Origin: Flavobacteriales bacterium
GTDB taxonomy: Bacteria > Bacteroidota > Bacteroidia > Flavobacteriales > Flavobacteriaceae
Assembly (NCBI GenBank): GCA_013205245.1
Contig: JABMNH010000023.1
Span: 878-64,877 of the forward strand
Direction of reading: 5' to 3'
DNA: 64,000 bases
Positions within the stretch are counted from its first letter, which is position 1, and each line of letters starts with the position of its first letter. The translations under genes were made by a program, and so were the position numbers. Below, in pieces: positions 58,807-64,000 of this stretch. The notes beneath the pieces are model-generated. The model ran no database searches, was not told where the DNA came from, and saw only the letters and a list, made by a program, of their open reading frames with translations.

Positions 58807-59829
58807 ATGGCCCGACAAAGACATCTTAAAGATAATTTTTTCTTATTCATAAAAGGATTAGGAATGGGTGTCGCTAACAAAGTGCCCGGTGTTTCTGGTG
58901 GTACAGTTGCTTTTGTGGTAGGTTTTTATGAAGAGCTTATTTACTCTTTACAAAAAGTAAATAGAAAGGCATTTAAGTTGTTGTTTTACGGTAGGTTTAA
59001 GAGTTTTTATTATTATGTTAATGCGCCTTTTTTAATCTTTATTTTTGGCGGAAGCATGTTTAGTTACTTTAGTGTTTCTAAATTACTTGACTACTTATTG
59101 CGCCATTACGAAGTGTATGTGTGGAGTGCCTTTTTCGGGATGATTTTAGGCTCCATATATTATGTATCAAAAGAATTTAAAGACTGGCGTTTTAAAAATC
59201 TTATTGCCATTATTTTAGGTGTTTCTGTTGGTGTCATTATAAGTATTATGGATCCTGCCACAGAGAATGACAATCTTTTATTTGTATTTTTGTGTGGCAT
59301 TGTAGGTGTGTCTGGCATGACCTTACCGGGATTATCAGGCTCGTTTATTGTGATGCTTATGGGCAATTACGTATTGCTTTTAGTAGATTCTGTAAATGTG
59401 TTGTACAAGACTTTAACCGAAATTGTTTCGGGCGATTTTAGTTTTGTAAATAATCCAAATCAAATACATTACCTTAAAATTATTGGCGCCTTTACCGCAG
59501 GTTCAGGTTTCGGATTGGTTGTTACCTCTCATATTTTGGGTTATGTTTTAAAACGGTGGCATCAAATTGTTACGGCTTTAATTATCGGTTTTATAGCAGG
59601 TTCTTTAGGTACAGTTTGGCCATTCAAGCACGCCGTTTATAAATTGATTGATGGCGCTATTGCGATAGATGCAAATGGCAATAAAATAGTGCAAGATTAC
59701 CACAGGTATATTCCCGAAGTGAATGATATAGAAACGTGGTATGCCTTTTTATTTATGGCTATGGGTATTGGCCTTCTTTTGTATTTAGAATGGTATGGCC
59801 GAAAAAATAAAAAAGTAAAAAATGGATAA
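58807..59829 (+). CDS. DUF368 family membrane protein, paralog 2
   Basis: KVPGVSGGTVAFVVGFY and LPGLSGSFIVMLMG. 3-nt gap from paralog 1. Confidence 0.9.
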   Translation: MARQRHLKDNFFLFIKGLGMGVANKVPGVSGGTVAFVVGFYEELIYSLQKVNRKAFKLLFYGRFKSFYYYVNAPFLIFIFGGSMFSYFSVSKLLDYLLRHYEVYVWSAFFGMILGSIYYVSKEFKDWRFKNLIAIILGVSVGVIISIMDPATENDNLLFVFLCGIVGVSGMTLPGLSGSFIVMLMGNYVLLLVDSVNVLYKTLTEIVSGDFSFVNNPNQIHYLKIIGAFTAGSGFGLVVTSHILGYVLKRWHQIVTALIIGFIAGSLGTVWPFKHAVYKLIDGAIAIDANGNKIVQDYHRYIPEVNDIETWYAFLFMAMGIGLLLYLEWYGRKNKKVKNG

Positions 59830-60571
59830 TTCAGAGATGTTAACATATGGATTGTTAGGTAAAAATATTTCATATTCGTTTTCAAAGACTTATTTCACTC
59901 AAAAATTTAAAGATTTACAGCTTCATAATTGTCAATATTTAAATTATGATTTGCAGGATATTAGTCAGTTAAAAGCCATCCTTAAAGAAAATAAAAATTT
60001 AAAAGGGCTCAATGTTACCATTCCTTATAAACAAGAAATCACCCCTTTTTTAGATACTATTTCTGATGAAGCTAAACATATTGGTGCTGTAAATACAGTA
60101 AAAATTGTTGGCGGCAAATTGATGGGCTTCAATACAGATATATATGGATTTGAAACATCTTTAAAATCCATAACTAACGAAACAAACGGACTGGCATTAA
60201 TTTTAGGCACAGGCGGTGCCTCAAAAGCTGTACATTTTGTTCTTCAGAAATTGGGGTTCGATGTGGTTTTTGTATCGCGAAAGCCAATGAAAGAAAACAG
60301 TATTACTTATACCGATCTTACAAAAGAATTGGTAGAAAGCGCCAGATTAATTATCAATTGCACGCCATTAGGAACCTTTCCAAATATTAATGAATATCCA
60401 AACATACCTTATCAATATCTACATAAAAATCAGGTGTTATTCGATTTGGTTTATAATCCGCCACTAACCCAGTTTTTAATTAGAGGTCAAGAAAAAGGGA
60501 CTTTAATTAAAAATGGCTATGACATGCTTACTTTTCAAGCCGAAAGGTCTTGGGATATTTGGAATTCATAA
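59822..60571 (+). CDS. aroE: Shikimate dehydrogenase
   Basis: YGLLGKNISYSFS, LKGLNVTIPYK, NTDIYGF and GTGGASKA motifs. 8-nt overlap with DUF368 paralog 2; an alternative ATG is at 59837. Confidence 0.9.
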   Translation: MDNSEMLTYGLLGKNISYSFSKTYFTQKFKDLQLHNCQYLNYDLQDISQLKAILKENKNLKGLNVTIPYKQEITPFLDTISDEAKHIGAVNTVKIVGGKLMGFNTDIYGFETSLKSITNETNGLALILGTGGASKAVHFVLQKLGFDVVFVSRKPMKENSITYTDLTKELVESARLIINCTPLGTFPNINEYPNIPYQYLHKNQVLFDLVYNPPLTQFLIRGQEKGTLIKNGYDMLTFQAERSWDIWNS

Positions 60572-60671
60572 AAAGAAGTTAAAAATATATATAAATAAAA
60601 GCCTATTTTTGCCTTTTTGCAAAGCTATTGCTATATTGCAGATTGTAATTGAACCTTAAACATGTTATAAA

Positions 60672-62798
60672 ATGTTAGACGAGACTAAAGAAAATTCTAA
60701 AGCAGAACCAAACGAAGAAGTTAAAACGAACGAAGAAATTAAAGAAGTGGTAAACACTTCAGAAAATGATGTTCCTGCACCAAAAGAAAGTGAACCAGAA
60801 AAAGTAGAAACCGTTGAGGTTGTTGAAACTGTTTCTGAAGAAACTGAAGAAAATTCTAAAGTTGCACCTGACGAAGATGTTAAAGTTGAAGAGGCCGATA
60901 AAGAAGATGTTATAATTTCTGAAAATGAAATTCCAGAATCTAACGAGAGTGAAAAAGAAAACGAAGTTATAGAAAAAGTTACCGAACCTGTTGTTCTAGA
61001 AGTAAAAGAAGAAACTAAAGTTGAAGCCCCTGTTGCAGAAATAGCAGCCGAGATAGATGAAGATAGCAAACCTAAGCATTTTGATTTCTCTTCAAAAGAT
61101 TATAACGGTATTGATTTAGAAAGCTTGGTTGAAGAATTAGATAACCTTGTAAATAATGCGCCGGTAAATAAAATTAAAGATAATATTGAGGCTTTAAAAA
61201 CAGCCTTTAATACAAATTTTAGTGCCATGTTGGCGGCTAAAAAAGCAGCTTTTATTGAAGAAGGAGGCGATAGTATTGATTTCCATTTTTCTGAGCCATA
61301 TAAAACCAAGTACAACGCTTTATTAGGCCAATTTAAAAAGAAAAGACATTTATTCTACAGTCAGCTTGAACAAGATTTGCAAAACAATCTTAAAATTAAA
61401 TTAGATGTCATTACGGCTTTGAAAGAATTGATTGACAATGCCGATGTAAAAACCATGTATAATGATTTTAAGGTACTTCAAGAGCGATGGAAAAGTGTGG
61501 GGCCAATACCCAGGAACACTTATGACGATACTTGGAAAACATACGATCATCACGTAGAACGTTTTTACGATTTATTGCATTTAAATAAAGATTTAAGAGA
61601 CTTAGATTTTAAACATAACTTAGTTAAAAAAGAAAAACTTATTCAAAGAGCTATCGACCTTGATAAAGAACCCAATGTTGACGCGGCTTTTAAAGAGTTG
61701 CAAAAATTACACAAAATTTGGAAAGAGGATGTTGGCCCTGTTCAAAAAGAAATTCGAGAAGAAGTTTGGGGTCGCTTTAGCGATGCCACAAAAGTAATTC
61801 ACGACAAACGTCACGAAGCTTTTAAAGATCTTAAATCAGTGTTTGATGAAAATGCAACTAAAAAAGAAGCCGTAATTGAAAAAATTCAAGCTTTTGATAT
61901 AGAGGCTTTAAGCAGTCATTCAGATTGGTTAAATGGCATCAAAAATATTGAAAAATTACGCGATGAATTTTTTAAAATAGGACGTGTTTCTAGAAAACAA
62001 AACGAGGCCCTTTGGAAAAAATTTAAAGAAGCCACAAGAGAATTTAACAGTGCTAAAAATAATTTTTACAAGAGTATTAAAGCAGATCAGTTAGATAATC
62101 TTACCAAAAAAAGAGACTTGGTAAGTCAGGCACAATCTTTAAAAGATGCCGAAGATTTAGTAGGAACTGTAGAAGTATTTAAAAAAATACAAGCCGATTG
62201 GAAAAACATAGGTCATGTGCCGCGCAAGTATTCTGATAAAATTTGGAAAGAATTTAAAGATGCTTGTAATCACTTTTTTGACAGACTTCACGATTCTAAA
62301 ACCGAAGATGATAAAGGTCTTATGGAAGCTTTTAATACTAAAAAAGCGTATTTAGATGAGCTAAAATCTAAAGCAAAGGACAAGGATTTTAAACCAACTT
62401 TAGAAGACATTAAGACTTACGTTACAGAATGGAAAACATTAGGTTTTGTACCTACAGAAATGCGTCATATTGAAGCTAAATTCAATAAGTTTTTAGAAAA
62501 ATTAGTAGAAAGTTTAAATTTAGACAAAAATGAATTGGTCTTACTTAAATTTAAGATGGCCATTGATGGTTATAAAGCGTCAAATAATTACACCAAAATT
62601 GATGGAGAACACCAATTTTTAAGAAAGAAAATTGATGAAATTACCAAAGAAAAACAACAATTAGATAATAATATGAATTTCTTTGCAAACACATCAGATG
62701 ACAATCCTTTACTTAAAAAGGTTAAGAACGATATTCAAAAGATCCAAGATGATTTAGATGTGCTAAAAGAAAAATTAGAATATTTAAGAAGAGATTAG
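60672..62798 (+). CDS. DUF349 repeat protein with acidic N-terminal low-complexity region
   Basis: At least five W-x-x-x-G-x-V/I-P-R...W-x-x-F repeats (for example QERWKSVGPIPRNTYDDTWKTY and QADWKNIGHVPRKYSDKIWKEF), after about 130 aa of Glu/Lys/Val-rich sequence. Confidence 0.88.
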   Translation: MLDETKENSKAEPNEEVKTNEEIKEVVNTSENDVPAPKESEPEKVETVEVVETVSEETEENSKVAPDEDVKVEEADKEDVIISENEIPESNESEKENEVIEKVTEPVVLEVKEETKVEAPVAEIAAEIDEDSKPKHFDFSSKDYNGIDLESLVEELDNLVNNAPVNKIKDNIEALKTAFNTNFSAMLAAKKAAFIEEGGDSIDFHFSEPYKTKYNALLGQFKKKRHLFYSQLEQDLQNNLKIKLDVITALKELIDNADVKTMYNDFKVLQERWKSVGPIPRNTYDDTWKTYDHHVERFYDLLHLNKDLRDLDFKHNLVKKEKLIQRAIDLDKEPNVDAAFKELQKLHKIWKEDVGPVQKEIREEVWGRFSDATKVIHDKRHEAFKDLKSVFDENATKKEAVIEKIQAFDIEALSSHSDWLNGIKNIEKLRDEFFKIGRVSRKQNEALWKKFKEATREFNSAKNNFYKSIKADQLDNLTKKRDLVSQAQSLKDAEDLVGTVEVFKKIQADWKNIGHVPRKYSDKIWKEFKDACNHFFDRLHDSKTEDDKGLMEAFNTKKAYLDELKSKAKDKDFKPTLEDIKTYVTEWKTLGFVPTEMRHIEAKFNKFLEKLVESLNLDKNELVLLKFKMAIDGYKASNNYTKIDGEHQFLRKKIDEITKEKQQLDNNMNFFANTSDDNPLLKKVKNDIQKIQDDLDVLKEKLEYLRRD
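60690..61007 (+). repeat. Diverged tandem duplication of a 159-nt (53-codon) unit in the acidic N-terminal region
   Basis: The exact 13-mer GAAAATTCTAAAG occurs at 60690 and 60849. The peptide units ENSKAEPNEEVK...SENDVP... and ENSKVAPDEDVK...SENEIP... align. Confidence 0.7.
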
Positions 62799-62828
62799 AC
62801 ACTTAATTAGTGTTTATTTATACAAGAC

Positions 62829-62868
62829 AAAACCTCATATGTTTTTAAATATATGAGGTTTTGTTTTT
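62829..62868. terminator. Terminator between convergent DUF349 gene and fabH
   Basis: AAAACCTCATAT - 10-nt loop - ATATGAGGTTTT - GTTTTT. Perfect 12-bp stem. Confidence 0.8.
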
Positions 62869-62872
62869 GATG

Positions 62873-63880
62873 TTACCATCTTATAATGGCACTACCCCAA
62901 GTAAAGCCACTACCAAAAGCGGCTAAAACAACCAAGTCGCCTTTTTTAATTTTGCCTTGTTCCCACGCTTGCGTTAAAGCAATAGGTATGGATGCAGCCG
63001 TTGTATTACCATGAGTCATAATATTGTTAAAAACCTGATCGTCTCTCAATTTAAAACGGCGTTGCACAAATTGCGATATGCGTAAATTCGCTTGATGCGG
63101 AATAAATAAATCAATATCAGTTGCCGATAAATTATTTTTTGATAAGCCTTCGTTTATAACTTCTTCAAAACGCACAATGGCATTTTTAAATACAAGCTGG
63201 CCATTCATATATGGATAATAATCTGGGTCAACTTTGTTATTTTCTTCAATAAGTTGCGGCACCCAGTGCATTATACTTGGACTTTTTACAATTAACTCAC
63301 CTGCAAATTTCCCTTCAGAATGTAGGTGTGTCGATAAAACCCCTTTAGCATTATCTTCTTCTCTCGATAAAACAGCAGCGCCAGCACCATCGCCAAAAAT
63401 AACAGTCACGCCACGACCTCTATCGGTTTTGTCTAATCCACCCGAGTGAAACTCACTGCCAATAACCAACACGTTTTTATACATACCTGTTTTAATAAAT
63501 TGATCGGCTGTAGAAAGGGCATATACAAATCCAGAACATTGGTTTCTTACATCTAAGGCGCCAACAGTATTCATATCTAGCATATCTTGAATTTGTACGC
63601 CACAACCTGGGAAATACAAATCTGGACTCAAAGTAGCAAAAACAATAAAATCGATATCTTTTGGTTCTAAGCCAGCGCGTTCAATGGCAATTCTGGCTGC
63701 TTTTACACCCATAACTGCAGAAGTGTCTTCGCTTCCTTCTTTTATCCAACGACGTTCTTTTATGCCTGTTCGTTCCTGAATCCAAGCGTCATTGGTATCC
63801 ATCATTTTAGACAAATCGTCATTAGTTACAATATTATCAGGTACATAAAAACCAAGGCCGCTTATTTTTGAATTATACAT
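62873..63880 (-). CDS. fabH: 3-oxoacyl-ACP synthase III
   Basis: Active-site NQCSGFVYAL, HQANLRI, GNTTAASIP and the C-terminal GSGFTWGSAIIRW. Confidence 0.95.
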   Translation of the reverse strand: MYNSKISGLGFYVPDNIVTNDDLSKMMDTNDAWIQERTGIKERRWIKEGSEDTSAVMGVKAARIAIERAGLEPKDIDFIVFATLSPDLYFPGCGVQIQDMLDMNTVGALDVRNQCSGFVYALSTADQFIKTGMYKNVLVIGSEFHSGGLDKTDRGRGVTVIFGDGAGAAVLSREEDNAKGVLSTHLHSEGKFAGELIVKSPSIMHWVPQLIEENNKVDPDYYPYMNGQLVFKNAIVRFEEVINEGLSKNNLSATDIDLFIPHQANLRISQFVQRRFKLRDDQVFNNIMTHGNTTAASIPIALTQAWEQGKIKKGDLVVLAAFGSGFTWGSAIIRW

Positions 63881-64000
63881 ATTTATAGGTTTAAATTAAA
63901 AACATCTTGATAAACGATATTTTTAATAAGTTTCACACAATTGTTCTCGCAATTTATGAATATTAAATAAAATATTCAGATAAATTAAACTGTCATTATG

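Noticed and set aside
60665-61069. 134-aa minus-strand ORF, extremely Ser/Thr-rich
   Set aside because: It is the exact antisense of the GAA/AAA/GTT-rich acidic N-terminus of the well-supported DUF349 gene. Its composition is a mirror artefact, and it has no independent start context or terminator.

Overview
AT-rich bacterial chromosomal segment with Bacteroidota/Flavobacteriia hallmarks: gene order, TAnnTTTG-type -7 boxes, and DUF5606-, DUF349-, DUF368- and LAB_N-type genes. All family assignments come from reading motifs in the translated ORFs; no database search was run. Layout: (1) 1-15,002 holds the 3' end of fusA and the complete S10-spc-alpha ribosomal-protein supercluster, rpsJ to rplQ, with secY, infA, rpoA and a 38-aa rpmJ that the ORF track misses. 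(2) 15-31 kb holds a lineage-specific secreted protein, carA, eno, gltA, two adjacent guanidino-modifying (pentein) enzymes, guaA, a LysM x3 / periplasmic-binding fusion protein, pdhA-pdhC and gcvP. (3) 31-47 kb holds a UbiA-like membrane protein, a COG1579-type protein with a cysteine-less zinc ribbon next to NIF3, mazG, a DUF5606-like gene, def, ruvX, dapD, GT2-GT2-methyltransferase, tsaC, cca, an ECF sigma module, acyl-CoA dehydrogenase, a ComEA-like HhH protein and an alanine/glycine:cation symporter. (4) 47-64 kb holds a CoA-binding protein, a secreted SH3b-like protein, an Ntn acylase overlapping a fatty-acid-CoA ligase, rnz, a small unknown gene, pyrB, pyrR, a TPR protein, a duplicated-LAB_N membrane protein with a polyprenyl-phosphate-type GT2 facing two tandem DUF368 genes, aroE, a DUF349 protein and fabH. 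I saw no rRNA, tRNA, CRISPR array, transposase, integrase, phage gene or recognisable defence gene. This is mostly core housekeeping DNA, and I found no compelling evidence for a wholly new multi-gene system. The best leads are: the GT2 / 2xLAB_N / 2xDUF368 carrier-lipid locus (56.4-59.8 kb); the translationally coupled fatty-acid-CoA ligase / Ntn acylase pair (48.4-52.0 kb); an orphan minus-strand terminator plus a 20-codon Gly-Gly-Gly ORF in the leader of the alanine/glycine symporter (47.0-47.15 kb); the cysteine-less zinc-ribbon protein (31.8-32.6 kb); and structured spacers upstream of rpsH and rpsD.
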